The position numbers and the translations under genes were made by a program. Of a DNA stretch of 64,000 bases, positions 10,614 to 21,293 are shown in pieces. The DNA comes from Nostoc sp. DedSLP01. GTDB lineage: Bacteria; Cyanobacteriota; Cyanobacteriia; Cyanobacteriales; Nostocaceae. Under the pieces are notes generated by a model. That model searched no databases. It saw nothing but the letters and a program-made list of their open reading frames with translations, and had not been told where the DNA came from. The stretch spans positions 224,001 through 288,000 of the forward strand of contig JAVRCJ020000001.1 in NCBI GenBank assembly GCA_034530875.2, written 5' to 3'. Position 1 is the stretch's first letter; each line of letters starts with the position of its first letter.

Positions 10614-10977
10614 TTACTCAATCAACCTCAAATGCCGATGGAAAACCTCAACCGCATTTGCCACCCCATCCTCACCTCGAATCTTCTCACCCAACTCCTG
10701 GGCTTTAAACTGCATCCCCTTATCACCCAGTACAACTTCAATCGCTGCCGCTAGAGTTTTTTCTGAAACTTCCTTGTAAGGCATGGGTTTGGGGCTGACT
10801 CCTAGCCGCATTAGCACGACTACCCAAAAACAGCAAGGGCGGCAATTTTAATGTTTCGGTTCTCAAGGAGTTGAGCAGCTTTCGATACCTCTGCCAGTAA
10901 AGTAACTCTGCAATGAAGTAGCTTGCATAATTGATAACTTTCTTGAGCGGATTTGTTGTTGTTCGAGCGAATCTCAA
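10614..10977 (-). pseudogene. GT1 (sterol glucosyltransferase-like) glycosyltransferase remnant
   Basis: C-terminal LGVSPKP...LAAAIEVVL...AQELGEKIRGEDGVANAV fused in another frame to a mid-protein piece; most of the gene deleted. Confidence 0.65.
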
Positions 10978-11089
10978 AAATCATCCGATCTCAACAGAAA
11001 ATCTTTGTGCATAAGCCCTGATGGTGAAAGTTACCAATACTTGGGAACCATAAGCTTGACAACCCTTGTTGAGCTTATGGAGACAACAA

Positions 11090-13501
11090 ATGCAGCAAAC
11101 TACGATAAAGCGGCAATTCCTAGCCAAGTTAGATCGTCCATTTATCATAGCTGCACTAATTATTCCAATTGTTCACCTCGGACTTGGATATATAGGTTTA
11201 TCCATGACATTCGTTGGTGGTGCGTCAGCAATTTGGCCTTCGTTTGGGGTGTTCTTAGCAGGAATGTTATTAGTAGGGTACCGAGTCTGGCCTATCTTAT
11301 TTTTGAGTGATTTTGCTGTTAGTTATATTCTTTTTTTTAAAAACAATCTTGTACTCAGTAGTATTATTCCTGCTATTAATTTAATTACTCCTTTTGTTGC
11401 AACTTTTTTGATTCAGAAGTTTATCAAGCGGTACAATTTCTTAGAGAGATCGCAAGATATTTTTAAATTTATAGTTTTAACTATACCTAGTCCCCTCATC
11501 AGTTCCATACTAGCAGCACTAACACTTTGTATCAGTGGTATTGCACCTTGGGCAGTATTTAGCAACGTTTGTCGAACTTGGCTGACATCAGACAGCACAG
11601 GCATTTTAGTTATTACACCTTTAGTACTGGCATGGTTGCAAAAGTCGCCATCGCCAAGAAGCTTTCATCGGCGACAAATTCTCGAACTTATATTTGTCTT
11701 ACTGTCAATAATGGGGATTGTTCGGGTTGCCTTTTCAGGAGGATACCCAATTGAATATACGATCGTTCCGCCGTTAATTTGGGCTGCATTTCGATTTGAA
11801 GCGCGGATATCGACTTTAGCTGTACTCATTGTGTCAGCGATCGCAGTTTTTGGGACTGTTAATGGCTTCGGTTCGTTTGCCAAACAACTATCACCCAATG
11901 AATCGCTTATTTTGCTGCAATCATTCATTTGTGTGATTGCTATTACTACCTTTGTGATTTCTGCCGTCACTCATGAAAACCAGAGATCGGCCGCGATCCT
12001 CCGACAAGCCAATGATGAACTAGAGCGACGAGTTGAAGAACGAACGGCCCAACTCAAAGAAGCAAAAACTGTTGCTGAAGTTGCTAATCAAGCCAAAAGT
12101 GAATTTCTCGCCAACATGAGCCATGAACTACGCACACCACTAAATGGCATACTAGGCTATACTCAAATCCTGCAAAGGACTGAACCCTTAACAGACAAAG
12201 GACAAAAAGGAATTGAAATCATCCATCAATGCGGCTTTCATTTATTAACTTTAATTAACGACGTGCTGGATTTGTCTAAAATCGAAGCCCGCAAAATGGA
12301 GTTGCATCCAATCGATTTCCATTTGCCTTCATTTTTAGAAGGAGTCGTCGAAATCTGCCGTATTAAAGCCGATCAAAAAGTCATTGCTTTCAATTATCAG
12401 CCCGACACTCGACTCCCTGTTGGTATCCATGCTGATGAAAAAAGACTGCGGCAAGTTCTGATTAATCTTTTAGGAAATGCTATCAAGTTTACAGATAAAG
12501 GAGGAGTAACTTTAAAAGTAGATGTCATTAGCCAAGAAACACAACTAATAACTAATTATAAAATTCGTTTTCAAGTGAAAGATACAGGGGTTGGGATGAC
12601 ATCAGCACAATTGCAGAAAATCTTCCTGCCCTTTGAACAAGTAGGAGATATAAAAAGACAGTCCCAAGGAACTGGATTAGGATTAGCTATTAGCCAAAAA
12701 ATCGTCAATCTTATGGGCAGCAATTTAGAAGTTGAAAGTCAACCCGATCGCGGTAGTATTTTCCACTTTGAAGTGGAGTTACCAGAAGCAAAACAATGGG
12801 CTGCAAATTCTAGAGTGATGCAACAAGGAGCTATCACAGGCTATCAGGGCGAGCAACGTACTATTTTAGTAGTAGATGACAAGTGGGAAAACCGTTCGGT
12901 AATTCTTAATTTATTAGAACCGATAGGATTTAAGTTAATCGAAGCTAGTAATGGACAAGAGGCGATCGATAGAGCTATTGCATCTCAACCTAATTTGATT
13001 ATCACTGATTTAATTATGCCTGTAATGGATGGCTTTGAGCTAATTCGGCAAATTAAGCAATCCGATGGTTTCAAAAATGTAGCCATTATTGCTTCTTCTG
13101 CAAGTGTATTTGAAAACGACCAAAATCAGAGTTTAGATGTCGGCGCAGTTGCTTTCTTATCTAAGCCTGTTGTCGCTGAAAGTTTACTAGAATTACTCCG
13201 ATTGCACCTAAATTTAGTATGGATTTATGCACCAAAATCAGAAATTATTGCAAATCAAAACTCAACTAATTTCCAGGTGAATTCTCAAAATATTTCTTTA
13301 CCTTCTCTTGAAATATTGACTAGCTTATATGAGTTGGCAAAAGATGGCAATCTCGATGAAATATTGCAGAAAGTAAATGATTTGAAAAATGAATGTCCTA
13401 CTTATTCTGATTTTGCTCAAAAAGTAATTCAACTTGCCGAAAATTTCCAAATCAAGAAATTGCGAGATGCATTAAAACAGTGGATGAATCAAGCCAAATA
13501 A
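11090..13501 (+). CDS. MASE1-domain hybrid sensor histidine kinase (MASE1-HisKA-HATPase-REC)
   Basis: Multi-TM N-terminus with SAIWPSFG; FLANMSHELRTPL; NLLGNAIKFT; GTGLGL; DLIMP receiver; ATG 11090 preferred over TTG 11066. Confidence 0.92.
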   Translation: MQQTTIKRQFLAKLDRPFIIAALIIPIVHLGLGYIGLSMTFVGGASAIWPSFGVFLAGMLLVGYRVWPILFLSDFAVSYILFFKNNLVLSSIIPAINLITPFVATFLIQKFIKRYNFLERSQDIFKFIVLTIPSPLISSILAALTLCISGIAPWAVFSNVCRTWLTSDSTGILVITPLVLAWLQKSPSPRSFHRRQILELIFVLLSIMGIVRVAFSGGYPIEYTIVPPLIWAAFRFEARISTLAVLIVSAIAVFGTVNGFGSFAKQLSPNESLILLQSFICVIAITTFVISAVTHENQRSAAILRQANDELERRVEERTAQLKEAKTVAEVANQAKSEFLANMSHELRTPLNGILGYTQILQRTEPLTDKGQKGIEIIHQCGFHLLTLINDVLDLSKIEARKMELHPIDFHLPSFLEGVVEICRIKADQKVIAFNYQPDTRLPVGIHADEKRLRQVLINLLGNAIKFTDKGGVTLKVDVISQETQLITNYKIRFQVKDTGVGMTSAQLQKIFLPFEQVGDIKRQSQGTGLGLAISQKIVNLMGSNLEVESQPDRGSIFHFEVELPEAKQWAANSRVMQQGAITGYQGEQRTILVVDDKWENRSVILNLLEPIGFKLIEASNGQEAIDRAIASQPNLIITDLIMPVMDGFELIRQIKQSDGFKNVAIIASSASVFENDQNQSLDVGAVAFLSKPVVAESLLELLRLHLNLVWIYAPKSEIIANQNSTNFQVNSQNISLPSLEILTSLYELAKDGNLDEILQKVNDLKNECPTYSDFAQKVIQLAENFQIKKLRDALKQWMNQAK

Positions 13502-13565
13502 TTTGTTGATATTCCATATTAAACAGCGATTTTTATCTTTTCTATAAAAAACTATATTTCGACCG

Positions 13566-14822
13566 ATGAAAAACTTTGATTTTGTTTTAATTGTTGATGA
13601 TAATCCCACTAATTTGTCAGTACTATCACAAGCGCTAAAAAGTGCCGGGTTTGCAGTTCGAGTTGCCGAAGATGGAGAAACTGCAATTGACATGGTACAG
13701 CATAAACAACCTGCTCTAATTTTATTAGATGTGCAAATGTCTGGAATAGATGGGTTTGAGACTTGCCAGAAACTCAAAGCTGACCCATTAACGCAAAACA
13801 TCCCCATTATTTTTATGACTGCGTTAGCGGATACTGAAAATAAGGTGAAAGGATTTTCGTTAGGAGCCGTTGATTACATTCCCAAACCTTTTGAACAAGC
13901 AGAAGTCATTGCCAGAGTGCGAATGCATTTACAACTCAAGCAATTGACCGACAATCTTGAACAAAGAGTGACAGATAGAACAGCAGCTTTAGAACAGGCA
14001 CAAGTGCAGCTGGTACAACAAGAAAAGCTGTCTATGCTTGGTCAATTGGTAGCAGGTGTAGCACATGAAATGAATAATCCTATTAGCTGCATTACTAGCA
14101 ATATTCATCCGGCACAAGAATATATTGCCGACCTCACCGAAATCTTGCAATTATGTCAGCAAAATTATTCCCAATTACCGCCTGTAATTCAAGATGCGAT
14201 CGCACAAACAGATCTAGAGTTTATCTTAGAAGATTTACCAAACCTCCTCAACTCGATGCAGGTTAGCACACAACGAATTAAAGATATATCCGTATCGCTG
14301 CGAAACTTTGCCCGTACTGACACTTTCGGAAAAGTTAAGTTTGATGTCCATGAAGGACTTAACGATACATTATTAATTTTGCGACATCGCCTGAAAGGAG
14401 TTGGACAGCGACCGGAAATTCAAATCATCAAAAAATACGCTTCCTTACCAAAAGTTGAGTGCTATCCGGGGCAACTTAATCAAGTGTTCATGAATATTTT
14501 AGCTAATGCCGTTGATGCTTTAGAAGACATTTGGCAGGAAGGAAAGCGAGTCAATGATTCCCTGGCAATCAACATCTGCACCGAGGTGTCCAGTCCTAAT
14601 TATGTCACGATTCGGATTTGTGATAATGGCATTGGCATGACAGAGGAAGTAAGACAACAGATTTTTAATTATCTATTCACCACGAAAACAGTTGGTAAAG
14701 GTACTGGACTGGGATTAGCGATCGCTAATCAAATTGTAGTAGAAAAGCACGGAGGAGCAATTCAAGTTAATTCCACACTCAATCAAGGAACTGAATTTGT
14801 CATCATGTTACCTTTGCAATAA
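13566..14822 (+). CDS. Hybrid response regulator-histidine kinase (REC-HisKA-HATPase)
   Basis: VDD, LLDVQM, KPF; GVAHEMNNP; NAVDA; GKGTGLGL. Confidence 0.93.
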   Translation: MKNFDFVLIVDDNPTNLSVLSQALKSAGFAVRVAEDGETAIDMVQHKQPALILLDVQMSGIDGFETCQKLKADPLTQNIPIIFMTALADTENKVKGFSLGAVDYIPKPFEQAEVIARVRMHLQLKQLTDNLEQRVTDRTAALEQAQVQLVQQEKLSMLGQLVAGVAHEMNNPISCITSNIHPAQEYIADLTEILQLCQQNYSQLPPVIQDAIAQTDLEFILEDLPNLLNSMQVSTQRIKDISVSLRNFARTDTFGKVKFDVHEGLNDTLLILRHRLKGVGQRPEIQIIKKYASLPKVECYPGQLNQVFMNILANAVDALEDIWQEGKRVNDSLAINICTEVSSPNYVTIRICDNGIGMTEEVRQQIFNYLFTTKTVGKGTGLGLAIANQIVVEKHGGAIQVNSTLNQGTEFVIMLPLQ

Positions 14823-14871
14823 CAACATGAGTTGGAACATAACGCTCCTCCAGCAGATTCAAGAAATAAAC

Positions 14872-15000
14872 CTAATTCAAGGGCAATATAAGTGTAAATT
14901 CTGCTCTCGATCCTAGTTCTGATATTACACTTAGTTTTCCTTTATGTTTCTCAATAATGGAATAGCTAATTGATAACCCCAAGCCCGTGCCTTTTGAATT
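14872..15000 (-). pseudogene. Histidine kinase HATPase C-terminal remnant
   Basis: Manual translation NSKGTGLGLSISYSIIEKHKGKLSVISELGSRAEFTLILPLN*; not in the ORF track. Confidence 0.8.
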
Positions 15001-15778
15001 GATTTGACGCTACAGCTTGTACCAATGTCATTCTATCGAGTCCCTGCTGATAGCGCTGGTGAGGCTTGTTTGTATTTCATCCTGTCTGAACTGAAGTTAG
15101 GTAAGCAAGCTACTGGGTATAAAACTGCTCAGAAGATTCTCAATCGGTTCAGTTGACCTGTTTGGTGAATTCGCCAACGGTATCCGTTTCTCGGCTCAAT
15201 ACCGTTCAGTACTGTAATACTTAGGTAAATTACTTATTAAATAGAACACAACAAAACTGACATAAAGCATTTGTAGCGGGGTTAATAAAAATTAATTTAG
15301 ATAAAGTGTAATAAATAGAGATGGAACACAGATTATTTGTATAGCATTAGATAACTTTGTTGTTTTTAATGCTAACTGAACTTATCTGAACATTAGATTT
15401 TCTCTATGTTCAGCACTTATTACTCAAGATTTTTTTTTAAATTGGAAATTAAATTCTTACGGTAATTACATAGAGGCTGGTTGATCTAGATTTACAAAAC
15501 AATAGTATATTAGCCGATTACAATCAAGTTTTATAACCAGTAAAATATAACAAATTAATCTATTACATGAATTTTGTAAGAGTATTTTAGTAAATGTAAT
15601 TTTAAAAAACCTCATATTTATGTAAATAAAAAATCAACTGTTATACTCGAAATTAAAATACAACAACTTATTAATTTTTATATCTATAATATTTAAAAGT
15701 ACATTATCATATATTAACAATATAAATATTCAACCAGTTCAAAAATATTCTTTAAAAAAATAACTCAAATAGAAAACA

Positions 15779-18700
15779 ATGGTTACAAGCTTTAAATATA
15801 ATAATCTAAAAAAAATTTCTGACAGTCTAGAAACTGTTGTTTATAGAGCATACGATACTGCAAATCAGAAAAATGTTATTTTAAAAAGTCTTAAAAGTGA
15901 ATATTCTAATCTTGAATATGTTACAGTATTTAAACATGAGTACCAAATTTCTAGCTCTATAGATTTGCCTGGTATTATCAAAGTATACAGATTAGAAAAT
16001 TTTCAAAATTGTATTACTCTAGTTTTAGAGGATATTGAAGGGCAAAATCTAAAACAATATATAGATGATGTTAAACTTAATGTCATAGATTGCTTAAAAA
16101 TAGCCATTCAACTTGCTGATATTATTGCCAGCTTACACGAAAAACATATTATTCATAAAGATATTAAACCACAAAATATAATTATTAATCCTAAACTAAT
16201 GCAAGCTAAAATAACTGATTTTAGCATTGCATCACGTTTATCAAAAGAAAATGCAATTATCAGTAATCCGAATTTGCTCAAAGGCACACTTGCTTATATG
16301 TCTCCAGAGCAAACAGGGCGGATGAATAGGTCGATTGACTATCGTACAGACTTTTACTCTTTAGGCGTAACTTTCTATGAGCTGTTCACCTCAAAGTTAC
16401 CATTTTATTGCACCGATCCCTTAGAAATAATTCACGCTCATATTGCAAAACAACCTCTACCCCCTCATCAAGTTAACCCACAAATTCCAGAGGCATTATC
16501 TAATATAATAATCAAATTATTATCTAAAACTGCTGAAGAAAGATACCAAAGTGGCTTAGGGCTAAAAGCAGATTTAGAAACTTGTCTTAAACAGTTAATA
16601 ACTAATGGCAAAATTGACAATTTTATTCCTGGCCAATTAGATAAATTTAGTCAGTTTACTATTCCTCAAAAACTGTATGGGCGCGAACAAGAAGTAGCAT
16701 GTCTTATATCAGCTTTTGACCGAGTAAGTGCAGGAACAACCGAGATGATGTTAGTCTCTGGTTATGCAGGGATTGGTAAATCTTGCTTGGTTAATGAAAT
16801 TCATAAACCCATTATCCGACAACGCGGGTATTTTATATCTGGTAAATTCGATCAATTTAAGCGTAACGTTCCTTATGCAGGTTTAATTCAAGCATTTCAG
16901 GAATTAACCCAACAATTATTAACAGAAAATTATGAAAAAATACTTATTTGGAAACAAAAACTTTTAAAAGCATTTGGCGACATTGGTCAAGTTATTATTG
17001 ATGTTATTCCCGAAATTGAAAAAATAGTTGGTCAACAGCCATCTGTTCCACAGCTAGGAGCAACTGAATCACAAAATCGCTTTAATACGGTATTTCAAAA
17101 ATTTATTCAGGTGTTTACTCAGAAAGAACACCCACTCGTTTTATTTTTAGATGATTTACAATGGGCAGATTTAGCATCGCTAAAGTTGATTAAGATGCTG
17201 ATGGTTGAACCTGGTAGCCAATATTTATTAATGATTGGAGCTTATCGAGATAACGAAGTTATCTCGACTCATTATTTGTTTCAAACTTTAAATGAAATTC
17301 AGCAATCAGGAACAGTTATAAACAATATCCTCTTACAACCTTTAAATCTTGTAAATGTTCATGAATTAATAGTTGATACCTTCCATATCACTACAGAAAA
17401 AACAAAAGCCTTAGCTAATTTAATTTTTAGCAAAACTCAAGGTAATCCTTTTTTCATCAACCAACTACTCCAAACAATGTATCAGGAAAAGCTATTAAAT
17501 TTTGATTTTAATAGTGGAGTATGGCAGTGGGAAATCAATCAAATTCAGACGGTTGGTATTACAGATTATGATGCCATAGAATTAATTGCGAGAAATATTA
17601 AAAAATTACCTAAAGAAACGCAAGAAGTTTTAAAATTATCTGCTTGTATAGGAAATCGCTTTAGTATAGATATTCTAGCAATTGTCAATGAAAAATCTCA
17701 GTCAGAAACCGCATCTGATTTATGGGAAGCACTGCAAGCAGGTTTAATTTTGCCACTAAGTGAGAACTATAAAGCTCCGTTGTTTTTTGACGAAGGCACA
17801 TCTAGCTCTATAGCTTCCCAGGAATTAAAAATTTCATATAAGTTTTTACACGATCGCGTCCAGCAAGCAGCTTATTCCCTCATCCCAGAATCCCAAAGAA
17901 AACAAACTCACCTAAAAATTGGGCAACTATTATTAGATTCTTACCAAACAGGAGAGATTGAAGAAAATATTTTTGATATTGTCAATCATCTAAATTTTGG
18001 TACTGAGTTTATTTGCGAACAGTCCAAAAGAGATAGACTAGCAAAATTAAATTTAATCGCTAGCCAAAAAGCAAAAGCAGCATCAGCATACGAAGCTGCT
18101 TTGAGTTATGCAACAGTTGGACTAGAATTGCTTAACTCATCAAGTTGGGAAAGTAACTACGACCTGATGCTGGCACTGCATCTAGAAAGCGTAGAATTAC
18201 AATACCTAAATGCTAACTTTAAACGCGCAGCCATCCTAACTGAAACAGTTTTAGAAAAAGCCACTAATCTGCTGGATCTAGTCAAAGCTTACCAATTACA
18301 GATCCAGTTTTATATGGCTCAAAATCAGATGCTTCAAGCCATTGATGCTGGACTAGAAGCGATCGCCAAGCTAGGAGTATCTCTATCAGAAACACCAAAC
18401 AAACAAAGTACTATAGCTAATTTACCTCAACTCCAAGATTTAGAAAATTATCCAATTGTTACAGATCCTTGCATCCTAGCGGCTTTAAAAATCCTTGTTA
18501 CCATTGCTGGTGCTGCTTTTATTACTAACCCAACAAAAACAAATTTTCCTCAGATAATCTTGACTGTTGTCAATCTCTGCATTAAACACGGTCATTCACC
18601 TTTAGCTGCCCACGGGTACGCTTATTATGGTATGCTTTTGTGTGGCTATCTAGAAAATATTGATGCTGGATATCACTCTGGTCAAATAGCTTGGCAGATA

Positions 18701-21256
18701 TTAGAGCAATTCCAAACTATTGAACTTAAAAGCAAAGTATATGCCCCATTTTATGGTTTTACTATTCATTGGAAAGAGCATATTAGAGAAACAATTGCTC
18801 CACTCCAAGAAGGAATTCAAACCGCATTAGAAATCGGAGATTTAGAGTACGCTGGCTATTGCTCTGTCCACTACTGCGGCCATATATTTTTTAGTGGAGA
18901 ACAACTCGAATTAGTAGCTCAACAGCAGGCATCATATATTGATTTGCTACAAAAATTTCAACTAGATTTCCCTATCAACTACATTAAAATTTGGCATCAA
19001 CTAACATTAAATTTACAAGATTTGTCACAAAATAAATATATTTTAGTTGGCGATAGTTTTGATGAAGTATCAATGGTTGCATATTTACAAGAAACGAAGA
19101 ATGCTACTTCTTTGTTTGTTGTTTATGTTGCCAAAATGATTCTGCTTTACTTATTTAAGGATTACGCTCAAGCAGTTGATAATGCCAAATTAGCTTCAGA
19201 ATATATAAATGGTGTTCTGGGAATGATGTCAGTTGGCATCCACAACTTATATTATTCTTTAGCCTTGATTGGTTTATATGCCAACGTTGAACCCGACATT
19301 CAACAAGAATATCTAGATATTATCAATGCCAATCAGGAAAAAATGCAGCTATGGGCTAGTCATGCTCCTGCTAACTATCAGCATAAATACTATCTAGTAG
19401 AAGCAGAAAAAGCCCGAATCTTAGGACATACTTTTGTCGCAATGGAGTATTATGAGCTAGCGATCCAAGGAGCAAAAGAACAAAGATTTCTTCAAGAAGA
19501 AGCACTAGCCAATGAATTGGCAGCAGAATTTTACTTTTCTCGCAATAGAGATAAACAAGCGATTTTCTACCTCAAAGAATCTTATCATGGTTATGTACGT
19601 TGGGGAGCTATTACAAAAGTCAATGAATTAGAATCAAAATACCCTGACTATTGTCCATTAAGAATAAATCATGAATCATCTAGTTTGAAGTCACCTCTAC
19701 CCACTACTTCAAGCAAAATAAGCAATTTAGCATCTTTTGATTTAAATACAGTCTTTAAAGCCTCGCAAGCTATTTCTAGCGAAATTATACTAGATGATTT
19801 GCTAGCAAAATTGATGACAATTGTGATGGAAAATGCTGGCGCACAAAGTAGCTGCTTACTTTTAGAAAAAAATGGGCAAATGGTGATAGAAGCTGTAATG
19901 GGCGTTAATCACAATAAGCTATTGCTAGAAACATCAATACCTTTAGATAATACTCGATATTTGCCAGTATCAATTGTTAATTATGTTGTTACGACTAAAG
20001 AAAGTGTTGTTCTTGGTAATGCTAGTTGTGAAGGCATATTTGTTAGCGATCCTTATATTATTAACCAGAAATGTAAGTCTATTTTATGTACGCCGATTAT
20101 TCATCAAAGTAAACTCATAGGTATTATGTATTTGCAAAATAACTTAACAGCAAATGCATTTACTACGGAACGTTTAGAGGTTTTAAAAATTCTTGCCTCT
20201 CAAGCAGCTATTTCCATTGAGAATGCAAAGCTTTATACTAATTTATCTAAATTAAATGATAATCTGCAACAAGCTAACCAGGAATTAGAGAATTATAGCA
20301 AAAATCTGGAGCTAAAAGTCGAAGAAAGAACACAGGAATTAAATGAAAAAAATGTGTGTTTAAAAGAACAAGCACAACAGTTAGAACTCACACTAAGGGA
20401 ACTACAAGCTACGCAGTTACAGATGGTTCAAAAGGAAAAAATGTCTAGTTTAGGTCAACTAGTTGCTGGTATAGCTCATGAAATTAATAACCCAATTAAC
20501 TTTATTTATGGAAATATTACTCATGCAAGTGAATACACTGAAGATATATTACGCATAATCAAAATTTACGAGCAACATTCACCTAATTTAACTCCTCAAA
20601 TGCTGGCAGAACAAGAGGATATCGATCTTGAATTTTTGCTTGAAGATTTACCCAAATTGCTATCTTCTATGAAAGTCGGGGCTAATCGCATCCGCCAGAT
20701 AGTTCTAAGTTTACGCAACTTCTCCCGTTTGGATGAAGCAGAAATAAAGTCAGTGAATATTCATGAGGGTATTGATAACACTTTACTAATCTTGCAACAT
20801 CGGCTCAAAACTGATTCAGTAAATTCTAAAATTCAGATTATTAAAAATTATGGCACTTTACCATTAGTAGACTGTTATCCCAGTCAACTCAATCAAGTAT
20901 TTATGAATTTGTTAGCTAATGCTATTGATGCTATAGAAGAGTCTAACTCTGCCCGTTCATCAAAAGAAGCTGAAATAAATCCAGGTTATATCAAAATTAC
21001 TACTGAGTTATTAGAGCAAAATTGGATTTCGATCTGCATTGCTGATAATGGACTTGGCATGAATTCAGATATACTTGCTCAGATTTTTAATCCTTTCTTT
21101 AGTACCAAACCTGTTGGTAAAGGTACTGGTTTAGGATTATCTATTAGTTACAATATTATCGTGGAAAAACATGCAGGTAAAATCAGTTGTTCGTCAATAC
21201 CAGGAGAAGGAAGCGAGTTCTTAATTGAACTTCCCGTACATCAGAAGAACTTCTAA
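15779..21256 (+). CDS. Trifunctional Ser/Thr kinase / AAA ATPase / GAF / histidine kinase
   Basis: HKDIKPQN, DFSIAS, YMSPEQTGR; GYAGIGKS; LDDLQW; GAF (ILASQAAISIENA); AHEINNP; GKGTGLGL. Confidence 0.95.
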   Translation: MVTSFKYNNLKKISDSLETVVYRAYDTANQKNVILKSLKSEYSNLEYVTVFKHEYQISSSIDLPGIIKVYRLENFQNCITLVLEDIEGQNLKQYIDDVKLNVIDCLKIAIQLADIIASLHEKHIIHKDIKPQNIIINPKLMQAKITDFSIASRLSKENAIISNPNLLKGTLAYMSPEQTGRMNRSIDYRTDFYSLGVTFYELFTSKLPFYCTDPLEIIHAHIAKQPLPPHQVNPQIPEALSNIIIKLLSKTAEERYQSGLGLKADLETCLKQLITNGKIDNFIPGQLDKFSQFTIPQKLYGREQEVACLISAFDRVSAGTTEMMLVSGYAGIGKSCLVNEIHKPIIRQRGYFISGKFDQFKRNVPYAGLIQAFQELTQQLLTENYEKILIWKQKLLKAFGDIGQVIIDVIPEIEKIVGQQPSVPQLGATESQNRFNTVFQKFIQVFTQKEHPLVLFLDDLQWADLASLKLIKMLMVEPGSQYLLMIGAYRDNEVISTHYLFQTLNEIQQSGTVINNILLQPLNLVNVHELIVDTFHITTEKTKALANLIFSKTQGNPFFINQLLQTMYQEKLLNFDFNSGVWQWEINQIQTVGITDYDAIELIARNIKKLPKETQEVLKLSACIGNRFSIDILAIVNEKSQSETASDLWEALQAGLILPLSENYKAPLFFDEGTSSSIASQELKISYKFLHDRVQQAAYSLIPESQRKQTHLKIGQLLLDSYQTGEIEENIFDIVNHLNFGTEFICEQSKRDRLAKLNLIASQKAKAASAYEAALSYATVGLELLNSSSWESNYDLMLALHLESVELQYLNANFKRAAILTETVLEKATNLLDLVKAYQLQIQFYMAQNQMLQAIDAGLEAIAKLGVSLSETPNKQSTIANLPQLQDLENYPIVTDPCILAALKILVTIAGAAFITNPTKTNFPQIILTVVNLCIKHGHSPLAAHGYAYYGMLLCGYLENIDAGYHSGQIAWQILEQFQTIELKSKVYAPFYGFTIHWKEHIRETIAPLQEGIQTALEIGDLEYAGYCSVHYCGHIFFSGEQLELVAQQQASYIDLLQKFQLDFPINYIKIWHQLTLNLQDLSQNKYILVGDSFDEVSMVAYLQETKNATSLFVVYVAKMILLYLFKDYAQAVDNAKLASEYINGVLGMMSVGIHNLYYSLALIGLYANVEPDIQQEYLDIINANQEKMQLWASHAPANYQHKYYLVEAEKARILGHTFVAMEYYELAIQGAKEQRFLQEEALANELAAEFYFSRNRDKQAIFYLKESYHGYVRWGAITKVNELESKYPDYCPLRINHESSSLKSPLPTTSSKISNLASFDLNTVFKASQAISSEIILDDLLAKLMTIVMENAGAQSSCLLLEKNGQMVIEAVMGVNHNKLLLETSIPLDNTRYLPVSIVNYVVTTKESVVLGNASCEGIFVSDPYIINQKCKSILCTPIIHQSKLIGIMYLQNNLTANAFTTERLEVLKILASQAAISIENAKLYTNLSKLNDNLQQANQELENYSKNLELKVEERTQELNEKNVCLKEQAQQLELTLRELQATQLQMVQKEKMSSLGQLVAGIAHEINNPINFIYGNITHASEYTEDILRIIKIYEQHSPNLTPQMLAEQEDIDLEFLLEDLPKLLSSMKVGANRIRQIVLSLRNFSRLDEAEIKSVNIHEGIDNTLLILQHRLKTDSVNSKIQIIKNYGTLPLVDCYPSQLNQVFMNLLANAIDAIEESNSARSSKEAEINPGYIKITTELLEQNWISICIADNGLGMNSDILAQIFNPFFSTKPVGKGTGLGLSISYNIIVEKHAGKISCSSIPGEGSEFLIELPVHQKNF

Positions 21257-21293
21257 CTGAATCAAGTAAAAATTTTACACAAAAGGAATCTTT

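Noticed and set aside
14888..14933. Inverted repeat TAAGTGTAA/TTACACTTA as a regulatory hairpin
   Set aside because: It lies within the minus-strand histidine kinase remnant; short and probably coincidental.
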